Shown here piece after piece: positions 1 through 9,487 of a stretch of DNA of 64,000 nt. The position numbers and the translations under genes are program-made. Origin of the DNA: an uncultured Candidatus Saccharibacteria bacterium (GTDB lineage Bacteria > Patescibacteriota > Saccharimonadia > Saccharimonadales > Saccharimonadaceae); NCBI GenBank assembly GCA_964625845.1, contig CAZVBN010000001.1, forward strand, positions 18,484-82,483, written 5' to 3'. The notes under the pieces were generated by a model, which was not told where the DNA came from, ran no database searches, and saw only the letters and a program-made list of their open reading frames with translations. Position 1 is the first letter of the stretch. Every line of letters begins with the position of its first letter.

Positions 1-823
1 CAAAATAAGTTTGAGCGCCAGACTCAATTCCGTTTCGACGGCCGCCATATGGCGATTCGTTCAAATAAAGCGTAATGATTTCATCCTTAGAGTACATGCG
101 TTCAATTTCGATCGCAAGAATCATCTCTTTAATTTTTCGCGGAATACCAGAAAGCCCGCGTTCGGCAGCTTCTTCGGAGAAATAAACCTGTTTAACAAGC
201 TGCTGAGTGAGAGTTGAGCCACCTTGAGTCGCGCCACCCTTAAAGTTGTTAATAACCGCACGCAAAATCGCCCACAGATCAACTCCGCTGTGCTTATAAA
301 AATCACGGTCTTCAATCGCCACAGTTGCTTTTTTTGCCCAGTCAGAAATCTCAGAACTATCAACAACTAACTTGTAATCGCCAGTCCCCTTATCTTCCCA
401 AAGAAGTTGACCGTTGCGATCATAATATTTATTGACAGTAGTCTGAACACGCTTCGCAAGCTCGCCAAGCTTGATCTGATTTAGATCTTTTTGGAAATAC
501 ATAAATAAGCCTGCAATTATAATGAAAATCACCAAGGCAGAAATCCCCAAAATCTTCAACGCCATCAAAGCGCCCTTCTTCGAGAACCAATATTTAGCGA
601 CTCGCTTTGGATGAAGTTTGTAGAAAAACCGCTTCACTGGATTTTTCGGCAAACTCGCCAAATATTCCGCGCGGCGGCGAGCTTCGGCATCCTTTTTAGT
701 TTTGCGTTTGTGCGCTAAATTCGCATACAAACTCAAATTGTTTTTTGAAGATTTTTTTGGCGTAGATTTAGTTTTCTTTAAACCTTTAACCTTTGAACTG
801 ATTTTCTTCCGCATTTTATCCAT
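1..823 (-). CDS. Class A penicillin-binding protein (PBP1A type), N-terminal part only; runs off the left edge
   Basis: Own minus-strand translation from ATG at 823-821; absent from the ORF track because no stop lies in the window. It reads MDKMRKK..., a Lys-rich head, then TM helix ALKILGISALVIFIIIAGLFMYF. GT51 transglycosylase motifs follow: AIEDRDFYKHSGVD, GGSTLTQQLVK, RKIKEMILAIEIE. Confidence 0.85.
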   Translation of the reverse strand, partial: MDKMRKKISSKVKGLKKTKSTPKKSSKNNLSLYANLAHKRKTKKDAEARRRAEYLASLPKNPVKRFFYKLHPKRVAKYWFSKKGALMALKILGISALVIFIIIAGLFMYFQKDLNQIKLGELAKRVQTTVNKYYDRNGQLLWEDKGTGDYKLVVDSSEISDWAKKATVAIEDRDFYKHSGVDLWAILRAVINNFKGGATQGGSTLTQQLVKQVYFSEEAAERGLSGIPRKIKEMILAIEIERMYSKDEIITLYLNESPYGGRRNGIESGAQTYF

Positions 824-938
824 AATTATTTTAATTATACACGATTTTTTTGTAATTTTCAACGATTTTGAAAACGCTAATGCTTACATTTTTACGAAAA
901 ATATGTTAAAATTATATATAAATTAATCAGGAGAAAAA

Positions 939-2147
939 ATGAAATTATCAGAAGAGCTAAAATGGCGTGGATTTTGGAATCAAACAACTTTTACAGATGA
1001 AAGCGTGATCGACAACACGCATTTTAAGCTCTATCTCGGAACCGACCCTTCAGCCGACAGTCTTCACGTTGGACATTTGGCAGTTTATATGATGGTGCGA
1101 CGATTTTTGGAGCGTGGTCACGAAGTTGTTTTGCTGGTTGGCGGCGGAACTGGAATCATCGGTGATATGCGCGACACCGAAGAACGCGAACTTTTGGCGC
1201 TCGAAGAAATTTCGAAAAACACCGAAGCACTTTCGAAACAGGTTTCAAAACTTTTCGCGGGCAAAGATTTCACTTTGGTCAATAATTACGACTGGCTAAA
1301 AGATCTCCAACTTTTGCCATTTTTGCGCGACATCGGCAAAAAATTCAATATGGCGGATCTAACTTCGCGCGATTTTTTCAAAGCTCGAATTAGAAATGGC
1401 GGCGGATTGAGTTACGCCGAATTTTCTTACACACTTCTCCAAGGATATGATTTTCTACATTTGAGCCGCGAACTTGGCGTGAATTTACAGATTGGCGGAA
1501 GCGACCAATGGGGAAATTTGCTTTCTGGCGTCGAACTTTCACGCAAAGCCGACGGTCGCGAAGTTTTCGCAATGACCGCACCGCTCGTCATCAATAAATC
1601 GACCGGCCGAAAATTCGGCAAAAGCGAAGGTGGCGCCGTTTGGCTCGACGAAACCAAAACTTCACCTTACAAATTCTACCAATTTTGGCTAAACTCTGAC
1701 GACGCCGGCGCGATTGATTATTTGAAGCTCTTCACAATGCTTTCGAAAGAAGAAATCGAAGATATCGAACGACAACATCTCGAAGCGCCACACCTTCGAA
1801 TTGCGCAAAAAACTTTGGCGCGCGAAGTAACATCTTTGGTTCACGGTGCCGACCGAGTTTCATCGATCGAAAAAGTCAATTCGGTACTTTTTGGCGGCGT
1901 TTTGGCGAGCGAACTTTCCTCGGAAGAACTTGAAATTTTAGCCGAAGAAATCCCGAGCGTAAAAATCGGAACAGATGTGATTTCAACCTTGATCGAAGCT
2001 GGTTTGACCAAAAGTGCAGGAGAAGTCAAACGACTGATTTCTGCTGGCGCAATCTCAGTAAATGGCGAAAAAATCTCCGAAAATCTCGAAATTTCGCAAG
2101 TTTCGCTCATTAAAAAAGGTAAGAACAATTTTGTTTTAGTGAAATAA
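939..2147 (+). CDS. tyrS: Tyrosyl-tRNA synthetase
   Basis: 402 aa. Class I HIGH motif (HVGHL), KMSKS-type KFGKS, C-terminal S4-like domain. AGGAG Shine-Dalgarno 6 nt upstream of the ATG. Confidence 0.95.
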   Translation: MKLSEELKWRGFWNQTTFTDESVIDNTHFKLYLGTDPSADSLHVGHLAVYMMVRRFLERGHEVVLLVGGGTGIIGDMRDTEERELLALEEISKNTEALSKQVSKLFAGKDFTLVNNYDWLKDLQLLPFLRDIGKKFNMADLTSRDFFKARIRNGGGLSYAEFSYTLLQGYDFLHLSRELGVNLQIGGSDQWGNLLSGVELSRKADGREVFAMTAPLVINKSTGRKFGKSEGGAVWLDETKTSPYKFYQFWLNSDDAGAIDYLKLFTMLSKEEIEDIERQHLEAPHLRIAQKTLAREVTSLVHGADRVSSIEKVNSVLFGGVLASELSSEELEILAEEIPSVKIGTDVISTLIEAGLTKSAGEVKRLISAGAISVNGEKISENLEISQVSLIKKGKNNFVLVK

Positions 2148-2156
2148 AGGAGGAAA

Positions 2157-2393
2157 ATGAATTTTTTCGAAAAATATTCAAACGCTATAATTTACTTTTC
2201 TTGCGGAATTATTTTCGCGCTGCTCTTCAAAAGCATTCTTTGGTTTTTGATTTTTGCCTGCCTAACGCTCGCGACTATCTCTGTGATTTATTCCGAACAA
2301 AACCGCACAAAATCCAAAAAGCCCACCTCTCAAAAATCTTCGAAAAACGCCGACAAAATTCAAGAAGCCGAAATTTCCAAACCGAAAAAATAA
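2157..2393 (+). CDS. Small membrane protein, unknown function
   Basis: 78 aa. Two hydrophobic helices and a Lys/Ser-rich tail. GGAGG SD directly after the tyrS stop, and a terminator follows. Confidence 0.5.
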   Translation: MNFFEKYSNAIIYFSCGIIFALLFKSILWFLIFACLTLATISVIYSEQNRTKSKKPTSQKSSKNADKIQEAEISKPKK

Positions 2394-2395
2394 CA

Positions 2396-2428
2396 AAATC
2401 TCCCGTCAATCATAACGGGAGATTTTTA
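2396..2428. terminator. Bidirectional intrinsic terminator between convergent genes
   Basis: Stem AAATCTCCCGT / ACGGGAGATTT with an 8-nt loop. U-rich tracts follow on both strands. Confidence 0.6.
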
Positions 2429-2460
2429 ACAAACAGTTTAATCTTTTGCGATTTCGAAAG

Positions 2461-2805
2461 CTAAACTTTCTTTTCGAAACCTTTTTTCGCGCCTTCGATT
2501 GTGTTTAGTGCGCGTTTTTGGATTTTTCCAGCTTCAACTTTTGCGTTTTCGACAACTTCGCCAGTTTTTACGCCTGCTTCGTGCGTAAAATCTTCGACTT
2601 TTTCTTTGGCGGTTTCAACAAATTCGCCAGTATTTTTCGAGATTTCTTCGCCCTTCGCTTTTGCAGCTTCAGCCAATTCTTTGCCTTTAACTTTCAAATC
2701 TTCGCGGGTTTCTTTGCCGCTTTTTGGTGCCGTCAAAATTCCAGCAACCGCACCAACAGCCGCACCCAACAACAATCCTAATCCAAATTTACCTTTTTTA
2801 CTCAC
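2461..2805 (-). CDS. YtxH-domain general-stress-like protein
   Basis: 114 aa. N-terminal GLLLGAAVGAVAGILTAPKSGKETREDLK is the typical YtxH signature. The rest is a Lys/Glu-rich helix. Confidence 0.8.
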   Translation of the reverse strand: MSKKGKFGLGLLLGAAVGAVAGILTAPKSGKETREDLKVKGKELAEAAKAKGEEISKNTGEFVETAKEKVEDFTHEAGVKTGEVVENAKVEAGKIQKRALNTIEGAKKGFEKKV

Positions 2806-3058
2806 TTTTTTCTCCTTTATTTTTAAATTTTTTATAGATTTCCATCACCGATTTCGCAATGATGATTGGCGATGAGATTTGCGCCACATTTTGGACAATG
2901 CCATCAATTCCGGTCGAAATATTTCGCATATTTTCTGCAACATCACCGATTTGGCGCGTTACACGGATTATCAGAACGAAACAGATAATTCCGAGAATGA
3001 TAAAAATCGCCAGCGCAATCGAGAGAATTACAACTAAAATTTCCGCAGCCGAACTCAT
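2798..3058 (-). CDS. DUF948-like small membrane protein
   Basis: 86 aa. N-terminal TM helix then a helical domain. It overlaps the YtxH gene by 8 nt, which is the usual DUF948-YtxH pairing. Confidence 0.65.
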   Translation of the reverse strand: MSSAAEILVVILSIALAIFIILGIICFVLIIRVTRQIGDVAENMRNISTGIDGIVQNVAQISSPIIIAKSVMEIYKKFKNKGEKSE

Positions 3059-3121
3059 TTTTCTCCTTTTTGTTAAATTTTAATTTTGGTTTTTATTTTG
3101 ATTTTATTCAAATCTGTTTGT

Positions 3122-3150
3122 ATTCTACCACAGAATAATTCTTATGTCAA
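3122..3150 (-). promoter_or_regulatory. Sigma70-type promoter for the DUF948/YtxH pair
   Basis: Minus strand reads TTGACA-17 nt-TAGAAT. Confidence 0.55.
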
Positions 3151-3172
3151 GAGTTTTGCGAAATAATTTTTC

Positions 3173-3205
3173 AAAAAATAAAAAAGCCGAAACCTAAATT
3201 TCGAC
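3173..3205 (-). terminator. Intrinsic terminator after gatB
   Basis: Minus strand reads GUCGAAA-loop-UUUCGGC followed by UUUUUUAUUUUUU. Confidence 0.6.
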
Positions 3206-3215
3206 TTTTCATCCG

Positions 3216-4730
3216 TTAAATTCGTTCGCGAATCAATTTTTGCGCCAAAGCTGGGTTGGCTTTGCCTTGCGATTTTTTCATAATTTGCCCGACCAAGAAG
3301 CCGATTGCCTTGTCGTTACCGGCCTTGATGTCGGCAACGGCTTTAGCTGAAGCTGGGTCAGCGAGAACTTCTTCGACAATTTTCGCAATCGCGCCTTCGT
3401 CAGAAACTTGAAGTAAGTTTTTCTCTTTGGCGATGCCCTCTGGCATTTTCGAGAGATTTTCTTCTTCAAAAAGTGAAAGGAAAATTTCGCGCGCACCGTT
3501 CGAGCTGATTTTTCCGTCCTGAATCAACTTCGCCAAATACGTAAGTCGGCGCGAACCAACGTAACCGTCGTGGACTTTTTGGAGGTCAATGTCTTCCATT
3601 GGTGTCGAAGCGAACAGATTGAAAATGCGCTTCATGTTTTCTTTGTGCTGCTCGATCGTGTAATTTTCGATTTCGTAACCTTTCAAAATATCTTCCTGCG
3701 AAACATTCCAGCCTTCGCCCCAAGTCGCGAGCAAAAGTTCAGCCAAGCGATAATCAGCAAGCGCGTATTCGACAACCGAATTATCGAGCTCGAAAACTGC
3801 GAAATATTTTCGGAATTCATCTGGCATTTTTGGAAAATTCGCCTGAATCTTGGCAATTTCTTCATCACTCAAAACAATCGGCGGAATATCCGGATCTGGC
3901 ATGTAGCGATAATCTTGTGCCTCCTCCTTGCTTCGTTGCGAGAAAGTTTTTTGCTCGTCGTCAAGCCAACCACGAGTTTCCTGCTTGACTTTTTCGCCCT
4001 TTTCGAGAAGTTTCACCTGGCGCTCAAATTCATAAGCCGCCGCGCGCTCAACACTTCGAAAACTGTTCAAATTCTTGATTTCAGTTCGCGTTCCGAGCTC
4101 TGGATCGCCAAATTTTCGCGCCGAAATATTCACATCAAAACGCATATTTCCTTGATATAAATCACCGTCAGAAACGCCAGCAAAAATCATTCGTTTGTGG
4201 AGCTCCTCGGCATAAGCGCGTGCCTGTTCAGCCGAGTGAATATCTGGCATCGAAACGATTTCGATCAACGGCGTGCCAGCTCGGTTCAAATCCACCAAAG
4301 AATGATCGCCATTGTGAGTAAGCTTTCCGGCGTCTTCTTCCAAGTGGGCGTGCTCGATTCGCACTTCAAAAGTTTCACCATTCGGCAAAACCGCTTCAAT
4401 TTTTCCTTCGCCAATAATCGGCTGATAAAGCTGTGAAGTCTGATAACCCTTTGGCGAATCTGGGTAAAAATAATGTTTTCGGTCGAATCGCGAAACATTT
4501 GCGATCGTCGCGTTCAAGGCTTTTCCGGCACGAACCGCCAACCGAACCGCCTCTTTATTCAAAACCGGCAACATTCCCGGCAAGCCAAAATCGATCGGCG
4601 AAGTCGCTTCGTTTGGAGCCTTGTCGCGCGCGTCGTTGTCGCTGGCGCTGAAAAGTTTAGTTTTAGTTTTTAGCTGAACGTGACATTCGATGCCGATCGT
4701 CATTTCATAATTTTTCAAAATTTCTTCCAT
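3216..4730 (-). CDS. gatB: Asp/Glu-tRNA amidotransferase subunit B
   Basis: 504 aa. Family-typical N-terminus (IGIECHVQL, FDRKHYFYPD) and a C-terminal GatB/YqeY domain. Confidence 0.95.
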   Translation of the reverse strand: MEEILKNYEMTIGIECHVQLKTKTKLFSASDNDARDKAPNEATSPIDFGLPGMLPVLNKEAVRLAVRAGKALNATIANVSRFDRKHYFYPDSPKGYQTSQLYQPIIGEGKIEAVLPNGETFEVRIEHAHLEEDAGKLTHNGDHSLVDLNRAGTPLIEIVSMPDIHSAEQARAYAEELHKRMIFAGVSDGDLYQGNMRFDVNISARKFGDPELGTRTEIKNLNSFRSVERAAAYEFERQVKLLEKGEKVKQETRGWLDDEQKTFSQRSKEEAQDYRYMPDPDIPPIVLSDEEIAKIQANFPKMPDEFRKYFAVFELDNSVVEYALADYRLAELLLATWGEGWNVSQEDILKGYEIENYTIEQHKENMKRIFNLFASTPMEDIDLQKVHDGYVGSRRLTYLAKLIQDGKISSNGAREIFLSLFEEENLSKMPEGIAKEKNLLQVSDEGAIAKIVEEVLADPASAKAVADIKAGNDKAIGFLVGQIMKKSQGKANPALAQKLIRERI

Positions 4731-5143
4731 TAAATCGCTCCTAAATCTTTCAATGCTTGTTTAAAACTGGCCAGCGCGCGCCGAGTTTGGTCGAAATTTA
4801 TTTCGGCGTCGGCTTCGTGCGCAATCACGTTTCGAAGTTTGTGCGCGTGCCAGATCGAGTTCGGGCTGGAAAGTTTGTCTTTTGCGCTTTTGAGCCTTTC
4901 GCCCATTGTTTGTCCAGAAAAATGAAGTTCGCGCAAAGCTGTATCAACTAATTTGTCGGCGTTGATTAGTGCCAAATGCCAAGTTGCCGGCTCGTCTTTT
5001 TTGACAGAATTTTCAATTTTGAGCCAATTGTGCTGGAATTTTTCTTTATCGAGATGAATTTTGTGCGGCTTGGTGAGATTTATCGCAAAATACAACAAAA
5101 CCGCGCAAATCAAAATCGCAATCGCCAAAAAAACCAAATCCAT
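4730..5143 (-). CDS. Membrane-anchored helical protein with an Rx4H (HEPN/DUF4145-like) motif, inserted between gatA and gatB
   Basis: 137 aa. N-terminal TM helix (LVFLAIAILICAVLLYFAI), then a helical domain containing WHAHKLRNVIAHE. TAATG overlaps occur at both ends (5143 and 4730). Confidence 0.6.
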   Translation of the reverse strand: MDLVFLAIAILICAVLLYFAINLTKPHKIHLDKEKFQHNWLKIENSVKKDEPATWHLALINADKLVDTALRELHFSGQTMGERLKSAKDKLSSPNSIWHAHKLRNVIAHEADAEINFDQTRRALASFKQALKDLGAI

Positions 5144-6543
5144 TATTTTTCCTCCAAACTGTCAGCGAGCGCCAAAATCGAAGCGTCGGATTTCATTTTT
5201 CCAATAATCTGAACGCCAACCGGCAAGCCTGCGTCGGTTTTTCCAGCCGGAACAGAAACCGCCGGAAGTCCCGCCATCGAAGCCGGCACACTCATCACGT
5301 CGCTCATATACATTTTGATCGGATCGTGCGCGTTTTCGCCAATCTTGAACGCCGGCGTTGGCGCAACTGGACCGACCAAAAAGTCAACTTCTTCGAAAAG
5401 TTTGTTGAATTCGTTAATCAAAAGCGTGCGGGCTTTTTGCGCCTTCAAATAATAAGCATCATAAAATCCACTCGAAAGAACATAAGATCCGATCATAATT
5501 CGGCGCTTGTTTTCGCTTTCGAAGCCTTTATCGCGGCTCATTCCGTAAATTTCGTCCAAGTTTTGGGCATTTTTCGAGCGCAAGCCGTATCGAACGCCGT
5601 CGTAGCGCGCCAAGTTCGAAGAAACTTCAGCCGGAATCACAATGTAATAAATCGCCAGCGCGTATTTGCTCATCGGCAAAGAAACTTCGCGGATTTCGTG
5701 GCCAGCGTTTCGCATTTTTTCGATATAATTTTCGGTGATTTTTCGAACTTCTGGGTCGACACCTTCGCCCATAAACTCTTTAACCACGCCTATTTTGGCT
5801 TTTTTCGGCGCGTCAACTTCTTGCCAAAAATCCGGCAAAGTGTTCATATCTTTTTTGTCGAGACCGCTCATAATTCGCATCACAAGTTCGGACTCTTTGG
5901 CGGTTTTCGCAAAAACACCGATCGTATCAGTCGAAGAAGCCATCGCCACCACGCCAAATCGCGAAACGGTTCCGTAAGTTGGCTTCACGCCATAAACGCC
6001 GTTAAAACTTGCTGGCTGACGAATTGAACCGCCAGTGTCAGTTCCAAGCGTAAAAGGCGCAATGTCGAGCGCCGCCGCCACAGCAGAACCACCAGATGAA
6101 CCACCCGCCACGCGAGTTTGATCAACCGAGTTTTTTGTCACGCCAAAAGCTGAATTTTCTGTCGAGCCACCGTGCGCAAAAGCATCCAAATTGGCTTTTC
6201 CGATCGAAATCGCACCAGCCGCTTCGAGTTTTTCGACGGCCGTCGCCTGAATTGGTGTTTCGAAGTTCGCCAACATTTTCGAAGAAGCCGTGCTTGGTGA
6301 ACCGAACGCCAAAAAATTATCTTTAGTAATAAAAGGCACGCCAGCAAGTTCGCCAACCTCTTCGCCAGCTTTGATTTTTGTATCGATTTCGTCCGCTCGC
6401 ATCAAAGCTCGTTCTTCAGTCAAACTCGTCAAAGCGTTAAAATCCGCCAAATTTTTGGCTTTTTCGATAGCTGTTTTCACTTCTTCGCGCGCAGTCGTTT
6501 CGCCACGCAAAATCCGTTCTCTAATTTCAAAAATATTCGTCAT
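5143..6543 (-). CDS. gatA: Glu-tRNA(Gln) amidotransferase subunit A
   Basis: 466 aa. Amidase signature GGSSGGSAVAAA and GTDTGGSIRQPA. Confidence 0.95.
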   Translation of the reverse strand: MTNIFEIRERILRGETTAREEVKTAIEKAKNLADFNALTSLTEERALMRADEIDTKIKAGEEVGELAGVPFITKDNFLAFGSPSTASSKMLANFETPIQATAVEKLEAAGAISIGKANLDAFAHGGSTENSAFGVTKNSVDQTRVAGGSSGGSAVAAALDIAPFTLGTDTGGSIRQPASFNGVYGVKPTYGTVSRFGVVAMASSTDTIGVFAKTAKESELVMRIMSGLDKKDMNTLPDFWQEVDAPKKAKIGVVKEFMGEGVDPEVRKITENYIEKMRNAGHEIREVSLPMSKYALAIYYIVIPAEVSSNLARYDGVRYGLRSKNAQNLDEIYGMSRDKGFESENKRRIMIGSYVLSSGFYDAYYLKAQKARTLLINEFNKLFEEVDFLVGPVAPTPAFKIGENAHDPIKMYMSDVMSVPASMAGLPAVSVPAGKTDAGLPVGVQIIGKMKSDASILALADSLEEK

Positions 6544-6550
6544 AATTCTC

Positions 6551-6841
6551 CTACAAAACTTTCGGAACTTTCACCTGTCCAGCCTCGATATTTTCGCCAG
6601 CCAAAGCCAAAAGCTCTTCCTTTCCTACGCCGTAATTGTCGATTTCATCTTCTCGCCAAATGTTTTGATTTTCCGAAACAGAATAAGTTGGTTCGACATT
6701 TTCGGTGTCGAGTTCGTCTAACTGCTTGATATAATTGACGATGTTTTCAAGATCGCCCCGCAGATTTTCGACTTCACTTTCATTCAAAGAAATGCTCGAA
6801 AGTTTCGCCAAGTGTTTAACTTCATCTTTTGTGATATTCAT
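6551..6841 (-). CDS. gatC: Asp/Glu-tRNA amidotransferase subunit C
   Basis: 96 aa. Position upstream of gatA, with typical HLAKLSSISL...E..L motifs. Confidence 0.9.
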   Translation of the reverse strand: MNITKDEVKHLAKLSSISLNESEVENLRGDLENIVNYIKQLDELDTENVEPTYSVSENQNIWREDEIDNYGVGKEELLALAGENIEAGQVKVPKVL

Positions 6842-6871
6842 AACTCTTTAATTATAGCATTTTTAAAGGCT

Positions 6872-6900
6872 AAAAAAAAGAGTTTGAACGATCAAACTCT
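6872..6900 (-). terminator. Intrinsic terminator after uvrB
   Basis: Minus strand has stem AGAGUUUG / CAAACUCU followed by UUUUUUUU. Confidence 0.6.
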
Positions 6901-6920
6901 AAACCTTAAGCGATGTTTAG

Positions 6921-8897
6921 CTATTTTATTAGCTTTTTTCGAATCTCCGCAATCTGATCACGCAAATCTGCCGCCAACTCGAATTCCAAACTCGCCGAAG
7001 CCGCTTTCATCTGAGCTGTCAAATCGGCGATCACATTTTGCCATTCGTCGCGCGGAATTTTCTTCAAATCCAACTTTTGCCTTTTATCCTTCGCCGGCAA
7101 AATCGCACGCAAACCTTCCTTAATTTCACTCGCAACGCTTTTTGGCGTGATTCCATTTTCTTCATTATATTTTTGCTGAATTTCTCGGCGACGATTTGTT
7201 TCATCCAAAGCCACACGCATCGAGCGCGTAATTTTGTCGGCATACATAATCACTTTGCCTTTTTCGTGGCGAGCGGCACGACCAATCGTTTGAATTAGCG
7301 CGCTTTCAGAACGCAAAAATCCTTCTTTGTCGGCGTCCATAATCGCCACCAAACTCACTTCAGGCAAGTCCAAACCTTCTCGCAAAAGGTTGATTCCCAC
7401 CAAAACATCGAAAGTTCCATTTCGAAGATCGCGCAAAATATCGCCACGCTCCAAAGTGTCAATTTCGCTGTGAATATACGCCGTTTTAACGCCATTTTCT
7501 TCCAAAAATCCGCTCAAATCTTCCGCCATTCGTTTAGTCAAAGTCGTCACCAAAACACGCTCGCCCAACTTCACGCGCTGGCGAATTTCTTCCATCAAAT
7601 CATCAACTTGACCTTCGATTGGTCGCACTTCCACCTCTGGATCAAGCAAACCAGTCGGACGAATAACTTGCTGGGCCGGCTTCGGCGAATGCTCCAATTC
7701 AAAATCGCCCGGCGTCGCCGAAACATAAATTGCCTGATTGATATGCGCATAAAATTCTTCGAAAGTTAGCGGGCGGTTGTCCAGCGCACTCGGCAAGCGA
7801 AAACCATTATCCACCAAAACCGTTTTTCGCGCGCGATCACCGTTAAACATCCCGCGAACTTGCGGCAAAGTCATATGCGATTCATCAACCAAAAGCAAAA
7901 AATCATCCGGAAAATAATCGAGAAGTGTCGCCGGTTGCTCGCCAGCAGAACGCTCGGTCAAATAGCGCGTGTAATTCTCGATTCCTTTCACAAAGCCAGT
8001 TTCGCGGAGCATTTCGAGATCATATTTTGTGCGTTGCGCCAACCTTTGCGCTTCGAGATATTTTTTATTTTTTTCGAAATAATTGTAGCGCGCTTCGAAT
8101 TCTTTTTCGATTTTTGGAATTGCCCGCTCAATGATTTCGCGCGGTGTTGCGTAGTGCGAATTCGGAAAAATATCATAAAAACTCGGCTTTTCGAGAATTT
8201 CTCCAGTCAAAGGGTTGATAATCGTCAAACGATCAATCACATCGCCAAAAAATTCCACCCGAATCGCCAAATCAGAGCTCGCCGTCAAAATATCAACCGT
8301 GTCGCCACGCACGCGAAAAGTTCCGCGCGCAAAATCAACGTCATTTCGATCATACTGAATATCTTTCAAATGGCGAAGGAATTTTTCTTGCTTATAGCGA
8401 TCGCCAACCTTCAAATGAAGCGACATTTCCTGATAACTCGCCGGTGAACCGATGCCGTAAATACAACTCACGCTCGAAATAATAATCGTGTCGCGACGCG
8501 TCAAAAGTGCCTCGGTTGCGGCGTGGCGGAGTTTTTCGATTTCTTCATTTATGCGCGAATCTTTTTCGATATAAGTGTCGGTGCTGGCGATGTAGGCTTC
8601 TGGCTGATAATAATCAAAATAACTCACGAAATAATGAACTTCGTTTTCAGGAAAAAACTCCTTAAATTCAGAATAAAGTTGCGCGGCGAGAGTTTTGTTG
8701 TGCGCCAAAATAAGCGTTGGCTTTTGCGTAGCTTGAATAATATTCGCCATCGTGAAGGTTTTTCCACTACCGGTCACACCAAGCAAAGTTTGTTCGCGCT
8801 CGCCCGACTTCAAACCAGCCACAAGTTGGGCGATGGCTGTCGGCTGGTCGCCGGTTGGCTTATATTTTGATTTCAGCTTAAATTCGCGCGGTTTCAT
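6921..8897 (-). CDS. uvrB: Excinuclease ABC subunit B
   Basis: 658 aa. Walker [13 protein letters not shown], helicase motifs, and a C-terminal UVR domain ([10 protein letters not shown]). Confidence 0.97.
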   Translation of the reverse strand: MKPREFKLKSKYKPTGDQPTAIAQLVAGLKSGEREQTLLGVTGSGKTFTMANIIQATQKPTLILAHNKTLAAQLYSEFKEFFPENEVHYFVSYFDYYQPEAYIASTDTYIEKDSRINEEIEKLRHAATEALLTRRDTIIISSVSCIYGIGSPASYQEMSLHLKVGDRYKQEKFLRHLKDIQYDRNDVDFARGTFRVRGDTVDILTASSDLAIRVEFFGDVIDRLTIINPLTGEILEKPSFYDIFPNSHYATPREIIERAIPKIEKEFEARYNYFEKNKKYLEAQRLAQRTKYDLEMLRETGFVKGIENYTRYLTERSAGEQPATLLDYFPDDFLLLVDESHMTLPQVRGMFNGDRARKTVLVDNGFRLPSALDNRPLTFEEFYAHINQAIYVSATPGDFELEHSPKPAQQVIRPTGLLDPEVEVRPIEGQVDDLMEEIRQRVKLGERVLVTTLTKRMAEDLSGFLEENGVKTAYIHSEIDTLERGDILRDLRNGTFDVLVGINLLREGLDLPEVSLVAIMDADKEGFLRSESALIQTIGRAARHEKGKVIMYADKITRSMRVALDETNRRREIQQKYNEENGITPKSVASEIKEGLRAILPAKDKRQKLDLKKIPRDEWQNVIADLTAQMKAASASLEFELAADLRDQIAEIRKKLIK

Positions 8898-8903
8898 TCT
8901 TAT

Positions 8904-8932
8904 ATTTTACAACAATTCGAAAATTAACACAA
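8904..8932 (-). promoter_or_regulatory. uvrB promoter, leaderless configuration
   Basis: Minus strand reads TTGTGT-17-TAAAAT, then only 6 nt to the ATG at 8897. No SD is present. Confidence 0.5.
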
Positions 8933-8949
8933 ATTAGCAATGTCTTAAT

Positions 8950-9447
8950 TTATCGCATATCATTGCTTGCGCACACAACGCCACCGCCTTCGAGCGGTAT
9001 AACAATTACCATATTTCGATAACCGTTAACGCCAGGAATATCACGAGGAATGTTACCTTCGCAGTATCCACCAGTATCATATCCGTATGAACCGATAGGA
9101 ATTTTGTTAAACCTATGGTATAAAGAGCCGCCCAATGCAGGCGGATAAGATCTATATACTTCTCCAGTTGACGGATCTTTAAGCTCTTCTTCTTTTGCAT
9201 AACCAGTGTAAATTATACTATTCAAATTATCAGACCACGAAATCCGACCTTTGTTGTTTGCATATTTTCGACTATAAACATCACGAATCATATTCGCCTG
9301 CTGTTTTCGGAGCGTATCTCTCTGCGAACGCTGAAGCGCCGGCAACGCCAAGAATACCATCAAAAAGATTAATCCCGCAATTGCCAAAACGAGCACCACT
9401 TCGATAATCGTAAAACCATTTTTATTTTTAATCGTAAGCTTTTTCAT
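8950..9447 (-). CDS. Type IV pilin-like protein (prepilin, class III signal)
   Basis: MKKLTIKNKNG|FTIIEVVLVLAIAGLIFLMVFLAL is a prepilin cleavage/methylation motif. The start is moved to Met11 of the track ORF because the promoter at 9454-9482 lies downstream of the first Met. Confidence 0.8.
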   Translation of the reverse strand: MKKLTIKNKNGFTIIEVVLVLAIAGLIFLMVFLALPALQRSQRDTLRKQQANMIRDVYSRKYANNKGRISWSDNLNSIIYTGYAKEEELKDPSTGEVYRSYPPALGGSLYHRFNKIPIGSYGYDTGGYCEGNIPRDIPGVNGYRNMVIVIPLEGGGVVCASNDMR

Positions 9448-9453
9448 AGAGTT

Positions 9454-9482
9454 ATTGTAACATACTTCTTTTCGCAAATCAA
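9454..9482 (-). promoter_or_regulatory. Promoter of the distal pilin gene, leaderless configuration
   Basis: Minus strand reads TTGATT-17-TACAAT-6 nt-ATG (9447). Confidence 0.5.
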
Positions 9483-9487
9483 ATCAA

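Noticed and set aside
824-938. A possible T-box or other riboswitch leader upstream of the aminoacyl-tRNA synthetase genes (tyrS here; also gltX, pheS, leuS).
   Set aside because: The upstream regions are too short for a T-box of about 200 nt: 115 nt for tyrS, about 44 nt for gltX and under 60 nt for pheS. No specifier or antiterminator structure is visible. Several of these genes appear leaderless.
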